Source: Lama glama
Taxonomy: Eukaryota
Assembly: GCA_028534125.1 (NCBI GenBank)
Contig: CM052818.1
Location: 2,420,001 to 2,484,000, forward strand
Reading direction: 5' to 3'
Length of the DNA stretch: 64,000 bases
The position numbers and the translations under genes are program-made. The notes beneath the pieces are model-generated. The model saw only the letters and a program-made list of their open reading frames with translations, had not been told where the DNA came from and searched no databases. The first letter of the stretch is position 1. Every line of letters begins with the position of its first letter. Below are positions 1 to 13,347 of this stretch, piece by piece.

Positions 1-77
1 CCGTGAAAGAACATACTTGTTGTTTTAACCACCACAGTTGCGACAACTGGTTGGAACAGCCATGGGAAACTAATACA
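1..77 (+). mobile_element. 3' end of a MaLR (MLT1-type) LTR
   Basis: tgttgttttaacc...cagccatgggaaactaataca, a typical MLT1 terminus ending in CA. Confidence 0.6.
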
Positions 78-1284
78 CTGAGTCTCTGACGATCGAAAAG
101 TCTCAGACCACTTTTACGACTTTCTGTTTCAAGGCAGAAAAGAAGGGCCAGCTCTCCAATCTCACTGTAACACCCACAGACAAGCTTGATACTATTTTCC
201 AGTAAAAAATAGAAAGAAAGAAGGAAAGTAGCAACAGATTTTAACAGAAGAGAGAATGGTGTTAATACTACACGATTTGTACGTCCTCTGCCAAACAGAT
301 CTCTGCCAAGCTTGCTAAGAGCCACAGACCCCAGTCACACCCTGGTCATCTCGTCTGCTCTCCCCGAGGAGGAAAACTCATGGTAGTGTCAGAAGGTTTC
401 AATTATCTACGAAAGGGACCTTCCCAAGAATCTACCATAATAAACATTTAGTAAACACTCAATAAATAGAAACTATTTTTATCTGTTCAGGCATGGCTGA
501 TATACTGAAAAGGTATGTGCTCAGAATGGAGGGTAGGGGGTTCCTGTGGCCTGAAATCCCCCCTGTAAGTCCCACCCTGAGCAGGGAGTGGGGAGCAGCC
601 CGTCTGCTGAAGTGCAGGGAGCACGGCCCTGGCACTACGGAGCAGGGTGTCTTGTTCGCGTGGTCCTCCTTTTGAATCAATTCCAAAGGATGAGGAGTCT
701 CTGGAGAGGATGAAGGAAAGCCTGCGCGCACGCATACACAGACACACACAAATGGAGTAGGCACGTGGGGGAGAGAGAACAAGAGTGGCTTCTGAGGAAG
801 CAGGGAGACCCAAATTACGGTGATGGAGGGAAAGCCTAGGAATTCAACTTTGTCCAAAGTGAGACTGTCTCATCTTCTAAAAGAGGCTATGACATCCCAG
901 GATGTTCCAGTCTTAGCAAATGTGAGGACACCTGTTCCAGGCCCCACCCAGCAGAGAAGAGGCAGGTCCTGATGATGGACAGTTCCCCGTCATTCATCCA
1001 TCCATCAAAGAGGTACAGAACGAGGGCACCGGCGGAGCTGATGTGAGGGGTGCCTGCCGTGTGTCCAGGGCAGAGAGGAGCCAGAGAGCTTTCTGAAGCT
1101 TACACACCAAAGGACTCCTGTTGTTTCCTGGGAGACACTACCAGAGAGGCCTAAAGAATATTTCCAGGAGTTAAAAGGGCAACAAATCAAACTGGTGGCA
1201 TTTTTGGTGTGTCTTCCTTGGCTGAAGGCTGAGACTTTGGAAATGGAAGACACCAAGAGAAGTGAGTATCTGACTGATCAGTGT

Positions 1285-1445
1285 CCCTTTAAGTGTGGTC
1301 GCTCTGAAGGTCTCCTGCATCAGAATCTTTGGTAGAGTGGAGACACTCGGGTTCCTCGGCACTCCTAGACCTAGGGAATCAAAATCTCTGCAAATGGCCC
1401 AGGAATCTAGCTTTTATTATAACTCCACTGTTATTCTTATACAGA
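1285..1445. mobile_element. MER5-like hAT-Charlie MITE remnant
   Basis: aagtgtggtc...tgcatcagaatc...aatctctg...ggcccaggaatct motifs. Confidence 0.55.
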
Positions 1446-1550
1446 ACAAAGACCAGGAAACACTGACCTATGCAGTGTAGAGTCAAAGAACAGGCTTTGG
1501 CTCTTTGGATCCTAACCTCAAATGCCAAGTGAATGCACTCCTTTTAAGAA

Positions 1551-1686
1551 AAATTTATTTTTCAGTTTATTTGGGGGCAGGGGGAATTGGTATTTATTTA
1601 TTCATTTTTAAGGGAGGTACTGGGGATTGAAGCCAGGACCTTGTGCACCCTAGGCATGCACTGTACCCCTGAGCTATACCTTCCCC
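1551..1686 (-). mobile_element. tRNA-derived camelid SINE (Vic-1-like)
   Basis: Reverse strand GGGAAGGTATAGCTCAGGGGTACAG...GGTCCTGGCTTCAATCCCCAGTACCTCC with A-rich tail; Pol III A/B boxes. Confidence 0.8.
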
Positions 1687-2014
1687 TCTGAATGCACTCT
1701 TGAATCCAACTGGAGTGCATTTCACAAGGACTGAGAAGGCTGTTTGTCTGGAGATTGGCTTCAAGAGGGAAAAAGGAGGATTGGGAGGAGGGGTGAGGGA
1801 GGTAATATTGAGCTAAAAACTGTAAAACCAGTAGGACGAGAAAAGGACAATGGCAGCAGTGTGACAGGAGGACTCAGAGTCAGACTACCTGGATTCATAC
1901 CTGACTCTCTTTATCCTCTGGCTGTGCAGCCTTGCGCATGTTACATTCCATTCCTGGGCCTTGGTTTCCTTACTGGCGAAATGGATACTGTAGGAGTATC
2001 ACGGAGTAAGTGCT

Positions 2015-2558
2015 TGTGATGGTTAACTCTGTGTCATCCTGACTGGGCTAAGAGATGCCCAGATAGCTGGTGAAACACTATTTCTGGGTGTCTGAGAGGC
2101 TGTTTGGAATCTGGACTCTGGAAGAGATTAGCATTTGAATCAGTAGACTAAGTAAAGATCACCCTCACCAATGCGAGTGGGTTATCATCCAGTCCAGCGA
2201 GGCAGTGAATAGACGGAACGGAACAAAAGCACAGGCGAAGGACAGTCACTCTCTGCTTGAGCTGGGACGTCCACCTCCTCCTGCCCTCAGACACCGACAC
2301 TCCTGGCTCCTGGGCCTTCTCAGACCAGGGCTTATACCATCAGTAAACTCCACCCGATCCCACCCCTCCCCACTCCTTCCTGGGTCTTGGGCCTTCAGGC
2401 TGGGGCTGGAACTACACCGCGGGCTTTTCTGGGCCTCCAGCTTGTAGACGGCAGATCATGGCACTTAGCCTCCAGAAGCACAGTCTTTCGCAATGAATCT
2501 CTTTCTATGTACTTATATACACCCCACTGATTCTGTTTCTCCTCAGAACTCTCATACA
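2015..2558. mobile_element. Solo MLT2-type ERVL LTR inserted into a MIR
   Basis: TG...CA termini; gactgggctaagagatgcccagatagctgg and gaagagattagcatttgaatcagtagact motifs; near-perfect 5-bp TSD gtgct/gtgcc; MIR-like sequence on both sides. Confidence 0.8.
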
Positions 2559-2748
2559 GTGCCTTACAAGCACTGCATCTGCCTGGTGCACAGTGAGCAT
2601 TCAGTCAGTATTAGCTAGTTATTATTACTGTTGTTTAATTATTATTACTATTGGAATATGTAGCTATTAATTTCATAGCATTAAAAATTTAGAAATGAAG
2701 ATACAGATTGTGTTTATGGTCTCTAACCTCTGTAAAAATGTTGTAAGC

Positions 2749-3092
2749 TGTCTGAGTTCATTCAGGCTGCTACAACCAAACATAGACTGGGTGGTTTATA
2801 AACAGTACTTTTTTTTCCCTCACAGTCTGAAGGCTGGGAGTGTCACATGAGGGTGCCAGCACAGCTGAGTAAGGTCTCCTTCCCAGGTCGCAGCTCTCTC
2901 ATTGTGTCCTCATGTGGCAGGAGGCCAGGAATATCTCTGGGGCCTCTTTAAAAAGCACGAATCCCATTCATAAGGATTCCACCTTCACGACTTAAACACC
3001 TCCCAAAGGCCTCACCTGTTAATACCGCCATCTTTAGGGGGTAGGACTTCAGTATATGACTTTTGGGGGCCACAAACACTTAGACCATAGCA
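2749..3092. mobile_element. MLT1A-type MaLR solo LTR
   Basis: caggctgctacaacc...agactgggtggtttataaacag...aacacttagaccatagca. Confidence 0.75.
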
Positions 3093-3499
3093 GGAACATT
3101 TAAGGTTTTAACTGTAGAGATATGTCCATCAACACAACAAGGTGGTGAATGAGGCTCCTGTTCAAAGCAGCCTAACTACCAGACGGCAGGAGAGCCCCGC
3201 AGATCAAGAAGATGCACCCTGCATGGAAACCCTCACCAAGACTCACGCAAGAACGGCTCTCAGTGAGGGTTACAGGAGAGGGGAAACTGGAGAACACGAT
3301 CAATGGAGATGACGATTCTAGTGCAAGGGCTAGTGGAGGTGGTCAGGAGAGACTTCCGCCCTCCGGACATTTAGGGGAAGGTACACTAGCTCAAGGATGC
3401 GCATCTAGTAACACCTCAACTTACCTTAGGGACCATTCCATCTCTCAGACGATGAACTGAAAAAGAAGCGACCTGTGATTTCTGTTTTTCCACAACATT

Positions 3500-5330
3500 C
3501 TCTATTAACCAGGCTCCCTCAAACCCAGGAAACCCACTTAACTCCTTGGTCCTGGTGAGTCCCCACCCTTCCCAAGAGCTTTCTTTTTATAGAATCAGCT
3601 GAGGAAGATCTCGAGGTTCTTAACATATTTTGCTTGAGAAGAACAGAACTGAGCCAAAGCTCCTCCTGAGACAGCAGAACAAAGCATGCTGCGGCATCTC
3701 CCACCCAGTCCCCAGTGCTTCACAGTTGCTCTTCTCTCTTGCCCAATCATCGCCTGCTGTTTGATCCAGAAATCAGATGCTACTGGCACCCCTAACATTT
3801 GTGAACATCTTCTCTTCCAAGCTGATCCTTTTCAGGCTGAAGCTCTGCGATCAGTCTTTACTAATATTCAAGTCCCTTCTTGCTTTTAGAATTGGGTACT
3901 TGTCAGAGCATCCTTAGTTAGTTACGTCCAGCATATAGAATAATGGAGGCAAAAGAGATTTAAAAAAAAAGAATCATATAACATGGCTGCTATAGTCACC
4001 ACCTCTGTATCTGGTAACAAGGCCGATGTTGATAATCTCAGTTAATTTTTCCACTGCTCATTCCACCTCTGCTTAAAGGAAGGCAGGGCAGATTTGCGTC
4101 CTTGCTGGTCTTGTCTTCATCGGGTTGCCACAGTTTTGACTGGAACTGTTGGGAAAGTGAGTTCTAAGAGGCACCCCACGAATCCCCTGGGTGCCAAACA
4201 CAGTCCTGCTTGCCCCCTCTGTGTAGCAGCAACTAATTTCCCCTGGTCAACAAGACCAATCACCCCATCAGGCATATTACCTCTTTCCCTGCTTTTTGGT
4301 CCAGTGGCATGAGAAACCCCAAAAGGTGAGAGGGCGGTCTCAGCTTCTAATTCATTAGAGTCACGTCCTTATTTCCTGGTGTATACACATTCTTCTTTTG
4401 GGTACTTGGACTTCCAGAAAGACTGAGGTCAAGGTCACACAGAAGGGAAATAAAAATCCTTCCAGTGGGTTAGTAGGTATAATAGTGAGGGGAACACCCC
4501 AATCCATGCTTTCTGGCCACGGGGGAGATGGTACCACATACTGGTCTCTAATATATAAAGCATCTGTAGCACAACACCCACACCTTCCAGCACGCTGTCT
4601 CCAGTTTGGGCCACAACTGGTCTTTAGCAGGTCATTCTACCTATCAGCCAGCAGCTGCGGGGTTATGGAGCACATGGTAAAACTTGTGAAGTCTGTGGGC
4701 ACGAGCCCATGGCTCACACGTCCATTTATCAAAAAATGTATCTCCTTGTCAAAGTGATGTTGGATGTTATTCTATGGTGATGAATAAGTCCATCCCTAAG
4801 TCCACAAACGGTGGGACTATCAGAAGCCCTGAGTTTAGGGAAGGCAAATCCATACCGCAAGTGTACGTGCCTGGTGAGGAGAAAGCACTGTACCCGCCAC
4901 GATGGGAGGGGCTGAATAGTCAACCAGCTAGCAAGTGGCTGGCAGGTTTCTGAAGGGAACGCGTCACACCAGGAGCTCCTCACCCGTACCTGCCTGGTGA
5001 TGCCAGATGAGGAGTTCCTTCAAAGCTGCCACAGAGACCTTCCGGGTCTCCATGCCTGTTTCAACTGTATGCTCATAACTTTTCTCTTTCTCCCTAAATA
5101 CGCTCACTGAGGCCACAGGAAACGAGGCGACTCTAGAATCTTTGTAATCACCATCGCTGTCACAGCGACTTGAGTGCCACAGAAGCTTGGTCTTCCGATG
5201 CCTGCCCTCCACTGCACTTCACTCCCTGCTACCACTGGCGGTAACTGGAGTAACTGTGATGACACTGCATACCAGATTACCATGTCCTATTCACCCCCGA
5301 CAAAGAGGTTATCCATGTACTCTGTGAATA
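3500..5330. mobile_element. Degenerate ERVL/MaLR internal and LTR fragments
   Basis: Higher GC with recalled MaLR/ERVL-int-like motifs (gaggtcaaggtcacacagaagggaa, aaatccttccagtgggt); no intact ORF. Confidence 0.45.
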
Positions 5331-5364
5331 TATGATCAACGCAATCCCAGAATCCAAATTCTAA

Positions 5365-5650
5365 AATTTTTCTTCTTGAAATAATTAGAGACTCACAGGA
5401 AGTGGCAAAGAAATATACAGGGAGGTTCGTATACACCCTTCTGCCAACGCCCCCCAGCGTTAACATTTTAAGTAACTATAAAGTTATATGAAAATCAGTA
5501 AGTGGCATTAGTACAACCCATAAAGCTGTTCAGTTTCACCAGTTATATATGCACTCGTGTGTATACAGCACTATGCAGTTTTGTTACGTGCAGCCCTCCT
5601 TAGCCACCAAGAAGATCAAGACACTCAGCTGTACTATCCAAGACTACTTC
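5365..5650 (-). mobile_element. Old L1 (L1MB/MC) 3' end fragment
   Basis: ttgaaataattagagactcacaggaagtggcaaagaaat motif. Confidence 0.6.
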
Positions 5651-6234
5651 ACGTCACCACGCAAGGAGAAAGGCCCTCGGTGGACACAGGGAGACAGGAC
5701 TCAAGCTGTCTGTAGGTCACAGATGCCCATCTCAGCACGTACAGCTCTCCCTACTGAGCGCAATTCCAAGTTTAATGATAATGTATTTCTTAAGTAAGTA
5801 AGAAAGGCCTAAAATACAAGCCAATTACTTAATCAAGGGCTCACAGAAGGATAAGAGAGATTCAATAGTGTTCTCTGATAGTTTCCTTATGTTGTGTTCC
5901 TCAGGTTTCTAACTAATTTAGCTTTAAATTCTGAGCTAGAAAAACCCACAGCAGATGTTACCAGAAGCAGAAGAAATATCTTCCTAACCCATTAAAAAAA
6001 TCAAGCAAAGTTTTACTCAAACCTACATGGGCCAAACACGCCATAATCTAATTTTATCCAGAAAAACTGAGAGTTTTAAGAAGTCTATGACCTGTACAAA
6101 GATGGCTGAAACAAAGGCAAATACTGTCATGTCTGTGACTTCCAGTAATACATGAAGAAAATCCAAATATCCCGAGCCACAGTGGTTGCAAGAAGCCTGT
6201 CTGCAATCAGAGGCAGGCAGATCCTTAATAAATC

Positions 6235-6283
6235 AGTCACAAACACAAGCTTGTATTTTAAATATACAGTAGGAACATTTATT
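6235..6283 (-). terminator. ZNF638 polyadenylation signal and downstream GU-rich element
   Basis: AATAAA (tttatt 6278-6283) about 225 nt after the stop, followed by GCTTGTGTTTGTG about 30 nt downstream. Confidence 0.85.
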
Positions 6284-6505
6284 TAACACTTCTAAAAGAT
6301 ATTTCTCCATGCCTGATGATTTGATATAAAAATCAAACCCATCATACTTTCCCCATCAGTCTCTCTACATCAAGGGCAATCAGAAATTTGTACAACATGA
6401 ATATTCGCTTCTGAAACAAAAATTACAAATTAAGTGATAACAAAAATACACAAATCAACTGGACCCTAAACGAATTTCTAATGAGTTCTTTCCCCTTTCC
6501 CCCAA

Positions 6506-6571
6506 TCACCTAGAGCTTCTTTCTTCAGCCTCATTCTGCTCCTTTTCCTTCCTTTGCTTGGCCATGAACTT
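6506..6571 (-). CDS. ZNF638: ZNF638 exon 28 coding part (KFMAKQRKEKEQNEAEERSSR*)
   Basis: ttttaacag|AAG; TGA at 6508-6506. Confidence 0.96.
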   Translation of the reverse strand, partial: KFMAKQRKEKEQNEAEERSSR

Positions 6572-6714
6572 CTGTTAAAAGCAATTCATAATATAAAATA
6601 TTTATTAGATGTTGCTTTGCTGTGTATACAAACATATCTAATATATTTCATTTACAATTTAAAAGCACTTTGATCCTACAAAATGAAGATTAGAAACACA
6701 GTGCCTTACATTAA

Positions 6715-7300
6715 CATTCCTTCCTTCCATTCATGAATCATCTGATATTTATGATATACTAGGCATTATGCTTGATGCTTGGGGACTCAGTGGTCAACAA
6801 GATAGGTAAGGCCCTTTACCTCATGGAGCTTACATTCTAGTGGGGGAAAAAAAACAAAAAAATAAATAAACAAGATAATATGGGTGGTGGTAAGCATTAT
6901 CAAGGGAAGAAATACAGCAAAGCAAATGAGACTGACACTTTTTTGGGGGTGGGAGGAGAGTTCTACTTTAAGCTAGGTCTTTCTTAGGCAAAGGCCTATC
7001 TGGGAAGCTATTATTTGAGTCTAGATCTAAAAGATGAGGAAAAATCAGCTATCCAAGGGGGTCTGAGACAGGGCAAAGGAAGAGCGGTATCAAGGCGCGA
7101 AGGCAGCAAAGGGGCCTTTCTTGTATGAAAAATAAAACAAAGAGAGCCAGAAAAGCTGGAAAACAGCAAGCAATAAAAAACAGATCAGAGAAGTTGAAGA
7201 GAATCAAATTATGCAGGGCCTTACAGACCCACAATAAGAAGTCTGGACATTATTCCAAGTGTAATGCGAAGCCAGTGGAAGATTTCAAATGGAAAAATGA
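6715..7300. mobile_element. L2 fragment
   Basis: cattcatgaatc...ctaggcatt...cctcatggagcttacattctagtgggg motif. Confidence 0.65.
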
Positions 7301-7314
7301 CGCCATAAACTCAA

Positions 7315-7550
7315 GAGCACAAGTAGCACAGCACAACGGTTGAACACGAGTCTAGAATGACACAGACACGCAAATTCTCAATCTGCCACAGCTTGGCCAT
7401 GCGACCTTGCGATTAGATACTTGCGTTTAGATACTCTTTAAGCCTGTTTCCTCATCTTTAAAATTGGAACGATACACCTACCTCATAAAGTTGATGGGGG
7501 GGGGACTGAATAAGCTTCTAGCAAGAAACAGCTCAATGAATGTTAGATGA
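7315..7550. mobile_element. MIR
   Basis: MIR core: gtttcctcatctttaaaattgg...cctacctcata. Confidence 0.6.
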
Positions 7551-8106
7551 GTGTCTGTGCCACAAACAGAGGACATAGAAACCAACTCTCAAACATGTAG
7601 GAGGAATCAGAGCCATTGTTTCAATTATGGCTAATGGTGACTTTCTACAGTTCTACTCTAAATGCTTCCCAAAGTGATGTATAACTAAAAGGGGAGGGGG
7701 CAGAGTGAGGGGTGTGACTAAGTCAGTTTAGGAAATGGGTTAAAGTTTAGTGGATTCTTTGGTCAGACAATTCAGAAACTTACATATGCTATGTCTACGA
7801 CTCTGCAAGAGGGCATCAGAATACACAGTTTCCCACATTTTAATGATATCACATGGGACTAGTGATGTGCAGCATCTACTCTGGCAAATGCTGCCAGAGG
7901 AAAAGGAATAAAAACTAAAAGTCACTGGCAAGGTACAGTGAAGGACATGAATGGGACTCTGAACTCAAGAGAAACATCTTGGCACAAACCTTACAAAGTT
8001 CTCCCACAGAGGGAAGGAATGCACGTTTCGGGTGGAGACATCAGTACTTTGGCTATAATACCACTACTTAAAGGTTTTATGAGGAGTAGAGAATAAAAAA
8101 ATTTAC

Positions 8107-8225
8107 CTCTGTATTTTGCTTATGACGTGTACTCTTGCAGTGATTTGTCATTGCTTTTTCACCTGAGTAGAAGAGGGAACAAATTGGACAGAAGAATCCA
8201 GCCTTCGGTACAAGAAAGTCTAAAT
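8107..8225 (-). CDS. ZNF638: ZNF638 exon 27, C-terminal matrin-type zinc finger
   Basis: 119 nt, [39 protein letters not shown]. Confidence 0.96.
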
Positions 8226-8968
8226 CTAGAGGACCGGGGGAGAGAAAGGGGGAAGAGGGAGGGAAAGAATGAATAATTTACCTACAGCTGTGTTAATCAA
8301 TTTATTTAAACATGATAAACATACTAAGCACAGTATATACTTATATACATACATAACATATACTGCTGTATATCTAGGGATCAAGGACAATTAAGCCTTT
8401 AATCACAAAACCGAGGTCTTTATTTTTTTTTAACAAATTCTGTAATATTCCAGTGCCTCCAAGAATGTCATGGAATTTCTTCAAAATAGCAATTCATCAG
8501 GAAAGAACCTAATAGTTTTTGAAATAAACCTCTTAGGAATCTACTGTTTAAAAAAAAAAAAACAGGAAGAAGAGGCAGAATAACAGGCAAGTCTGCTTGA
8601 AGAATATACTGGGTAAACTAACAAGGTGCCCCTTAGCTCAGCTGGCCATGAACAGTTTACCAGCTGAGCTTTTTTAGCACGTTATACTCAACTGGAAATG
8701 CCTGCCTAGGCAAGGAGAACTCAATTTTTACCAGAGTAGCAAAGAAAGTACGAGGAATACAAGAAGAGACACACCCCAGACTTCAAGAGTGCAATAAAAA
8801 TATCTTTGCTAGGTACAAACACAGCTCAATAAACTGTTCTCAGAAATGCCAATGTGCTAATTTCCACCTTAAAATAATCTTCTAAGCAAGGCTGTCCCAT
8901 TACTCATCTAAACAACAGAACACTGATTATTTCACATGGGTAAGGAAAAAATGTCATTTGTACTTTAC

Positions 8969-9070
8969 CTTCAGGGACATCAGGTGCCACTGATTTCCCT
9001 AAAGAGTCGTCCTCAGTCTTCTTGCGTTTTCGTTCTGGTTCTGAATCCTTTAATTCAGATTCTTCATCAA
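8969..9070 (-). CDS. ZNF638: ZNF638 exon 26
   Basis: 102 nt, [33 protein letters not shown]. Confidence 0.93.
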
Positions 9071-11461
9071 CTAAAGTCATTAAATTTTTCAAGAAAGAAA
9101 GTTATTCAAAATAGACGTACTTACTTTGTGCAACTAACACAGATAATCATCTCTCAAAGTAAATCTTTCTTGGTTAATCCCATCTGACTACTCTTTCAAG
9201 ATTCTTTATGAAAGGAATAAATGGGTAAATCTGTTCAATCTTATTACATGTATTTAAGGATATGGGACTAAAGCTTATAGCATATTTTATTTATCCATAG
9301 TTCCAGAAAAAATTTAAAGGGTAACAGAAGAAGTTCAAATTCTATGTTACTGGCAAGTTAACACATGTATGCAAAGTGCTGGGTTGGGGGAAGAGTGTGG
9401 ATTAAGGGGAAAAGGACACGAGCAGACAGTAATGCTGACGCCCTGTACTGAAGACCATCCAGTCAAGAAAAACAGAGCCTAAACTGATGGACTAAGACCC
9501 TTGTCAGACAGAATCACAAGTGACGTTACAAACATTCAAGCCCAGCAAAGTGAATTAGCATCTAAGAGGCGCTCAGTGTTATTAGCAGACTGCATAACAG
9601 ATGAGAGGAAGACAAAACAAAAACTAGTATCAAGCAATTCTGGTTGCCCTCAGCAGCTGAAATACCTAACTGTTGTACATACAGTACTTGACAAATCCCT
9701 TTCCCGTATATGTCATTCATTTAGCTTTTATCTTGTGTGAGACACAGAGGTCAAGTCATTATTAGCCCCATTTCTTCACAGATGGAGAGAACAAAACCAA
9801 GAGAGTTTTGTAAAAGACTGATCTGTCCAAGATTGCATAGTGAGTAAGTGGCAGACTTGCGACTTCAAGTTCAGTGCTTTCCCCATGCAATTAGGCTACT
9901 CTTTACCAGATCTGAGGGGATGGCTACAAACGATGAAATCATTATTTACTCTTCTCTTTTTCCTCGAATTTACCAGTCACCAAGCCCAAAGATGGTCGAT
10001 TAAAAAAGCTGCCTCTTCCTTTTCTTGACTTGATGGTTAAAACAGCCTCTGGTCTCTTGCTACAAAAATTTATTCCCTCACCAGAGTAATAATCTTCCTC
10101 AAACACATTTTCTCCTGCCACTCCAAAGGCACCTTTATCTAACAACAACAACAATAATAATATATTATATATAATTATATAATAAGTTTAATAGGTTAAA
10201 ACAAAAATTTTAAGTTAAAAATCGTTTAAAAATGACTTTTTCTTAAGCTAGGTTCTTTTGTCAAACATTGTCCATTAATGAAAATATAATATGGTTATAA
10301 AAGCAGTAAGGAAACAATCCTCTCTCTATTCTTCCATTGAAGTAAGGCAGTTCTAAGCAAGCTGGTAGCTGAAGTTGCCCTGTCACAACAGAAATTCTGG
10401 TGGTGGGGGAGAACCCTCATGAAATCATGTTAGAAGCATTTATCAGTTAGTAAAACCACTAGGTATGGCTTGGTATCAAGGAGAGAGCAATAGAAAAGAA
10501 CAGAAAAAGGAAGAATACCCACTTGGCCAACCAAGGCAGAGAGCAAGAAAGAGTATGGGATCAACAGTAACAAATGATGCAGAGAAGTCAAATAAGACTA
10601 AATTAAGAAGAAAAAAACTCAGTAAATCCAATCTGACAACACACAGAAGGGTTTCAGGTTTCTATTACACCTGGTTAGGAAATGGGAAAGGAAGGAGGCC
10701 TAAATAGTGGAGCAGCACTGAGGACCCAGCTGAGATGAGACTCAATGAACTGAATCACAGCTGGTAGTTTTTTCTTATAGAAGATAAGATACAAAAGCAA
10801 GAGGGCAACGAGGGTGCTACAAAGAGAACGACACAGGGGACATCCTTATAGTGCTGTTTAAATCACACCAGTAATTGACTTTTTGCTTTACCTCTCTGAA
10901 TCAATCAACTCGAGATCTGGACCTGTGTGCTTTTCTTTTTTTTAACCTTTTTTTTTTTTTTTTTTTAGCATTTTGCTATGAATATAATGGACACAATGAC
11001 AAATGCTTGGTAGGTAACTGGAGTATTCTCCCTCACTAGACACTGTTCCCTATTTGTTTCAACATAAATCGTATTAATGTTATTAAGACATCTTATTTAA
11101 TTCATTGGCAGGTTGCTTGGCAGCATCCAGAAAGCAAGGGATCTGGTCCACAAATAAGAGCTAGTTAATACGTGGTTTCTACTTGATGCTGCAATACGGT
11201 CAGAATAACCTATTGTGGATTCCACATATTTGTCACATTCTATTATATAACAGGACTGTCTTTATTATCCCACTCCATTGTGTTCCATTATCTCTGTGAG
11301 TTACAAAGACAAAAATCTTCATCCAGATCTAGTCGTTGTAAGGCTGCCTTCCCCCACCCCCTCACTCCTCCCTCTGCCCAGGTCACTGTTTTTCTATTTT
11401 TCTTCTTAAATGGTAGATCTTTAGAACTTTAACCACCTCACTTCTATCAATCCTGCTTTAC

Positions 11462-11566
11462 CTTCACTAATTTGGAAGGCCTCTTCACCTTTCGCTGGTT
11501 CTGCCAAAACAGCTTTTTCTGATGGTGGTGTTTTCCCAATTCTAACTCTCTTGGTTGGCACTTTAG
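11462..11566 (-). CDS. ZNF638: ZNF638 exon 25
   Basis: 105 nt, [34 protein letters not shown]. Confidence 0.93.
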
Positions 11567-12392
11567 CTTTAAAAAAAGAGAAAGTCTCCTTTATTGCCAC
11601 AGTAACAGAATTTAAATTGCTTTTAATTCTGAACAACAACTTTAACTTTTTTTTTCTGCAAACAAGATAGATATTACTCAAATTTGGGAAGGAAACTTAT
11701 TTCTAGGTTAAAATAGGAGAATTTTATTTTTAAACATCCAGCATTAATCTAAGCATTTTCCTTTTATCTTCCCATTTATCTTGATCAAAATTACACCTTC
11801 CTACCTGCTTTCTTCAAGGAGCCTACACGTATTTTTTATTTTATTCCACAAGACTGTGGGACCTACTAGTATTTTTTATTCTTAGTTTGGTTAAATTTTT
11901 CAAGATTTTTGTATTGAAAATTATTTTGATCTCCCTAAAGTACTGAGTGAGCTGACCTGTTATTCTATACCATCAAAATATTACTTAAAAGTGAAATGGT
12001 ACCTTCACAAATTTTTCTAAATCCTAAGTCTAAGCAAAAGCTAGGAGGCAGTCTGATATAAACATCCTTCTATTTATCAAAAGCTATGTTTTCCCAAAAA
12101 TACAAACATATTAATTTTCATTCCAATTCTAATGGGTACTCCAGTTTGCTTTCTGGTTTCATCAATTTTTCTTAAGGTATATATGGTACCTTGGGGGTAA
12201 CGTCTGCTTTTGAACTAAAAGAAATTTGTGAAACTTGAACATATTTATTTGGAAAATATCATCTGGCTGTAAACCTGTCGGCTTCTTATGTCAAAACACA
12301 GTGAAATTGTTAGTAATGGCTGCAACATATACTTAAAAAATTTTAAATGTAGTCCTCTCATAAAACAAAAACTACCATTTTTAGGCATCTAC

Positions 12393-13347
12393 CTGCTAAG
12401 TGTCTTTCAATCATGGTTTTCAGATCTTCTTCCATAATACTCTCATTTACTGGGCCCACTTGGGACAAAGCTTCAAGTTTTGTCTTCTTTGTGTCCACAG
12501 CTCTCTTTTTTCTATCCCCTCTTTTTTCGGTAGGATGGTCACTTCTGCTTTGTGCTAGCTCCACTTTTAAATCGCTGTCTCCGTCCTCCTCCTCTCCAAC
12601 TTCATCAACAGTAACAAAATTAAGCTCTTCTTTAAGGTTGTTAAAATCTGCCAGAGAGTCTTCATCCTCTTCAGTTACTTCATCTAAAGTCACTAAATGC
12701 AGGTCACTGCTGTCATCCTGGATCTCATCTACAGTAACTAAAGTGGAAGGGTCTTCAGGCATCTGAGAAGAAATGAACCCAATGGAATCCCTCCCAGTAT
12801 TTCCCTCATCTCCTTTAGTACCTAAAGTGCCAAAACTTATGTCTGTGGACTCATTTAACGGTAGTTCTTCTACTTCTCCGATTTCATCCACAGTCACCAA
12901 GCGTTCCTGTTTGAGAAGATCTTGTTCTTCAGCCACAGACAGTACAGTGACATCTTTAGCTTCACTGTGGGAAATGCAATCATCTTGATCAATTAACTCA
13001 TCTAATGTAAGAAGTGAATTTGAATTTTTTACCATTTCTTCCATATTTATTTCTTCTTCATCAATTACTTCATCCACAGTGACCAGAGCTTGTGCTAGAG
13101 GCGCAGCTGCATCTTCCTCTTCCCCGATCTCATCCAGTGTCACAAAAGGTAATTCTCCCTCAACCACGCGAGGAGCAGAGATTTTCCCCTTCTTCTTCTT
13201 TAAGTTAAGTTCAGAGGAGGGGGTATTTTTGAGAGCTTCTTTCCTTTTCCCTTTTAGTGGATTCTGTCTGGCTTGAAAAGGATTCACTTCTTCTATAACC
13301 TCATCCACAGTAACAAATTCATCCAAATTAAATGGAAATACATGTTC
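12393..13347 (-). CDS. ZNF638: ZNF638 exon 24, acidic (V/L)T(V/L)DE repeat region
   Basis: 955 nt, [17 protein letters not shown]...ERHLA; ccaacag| and G|gtaga. Confidence 0.96.

Noticed and set aside
459..5212. Numerous 60-130 aa ORFs in the 3' flank
   Set aside because: Lie in repeat-derived or low-complexity sequence; no domain similarity or exon chain recognised.
12413..13276. Ser-rich + strand ORFs (117, 71, 65 aa)
   Set aside because: Antisense shadows of the Glu/Asp codons of exon 24; no independent gene signals.
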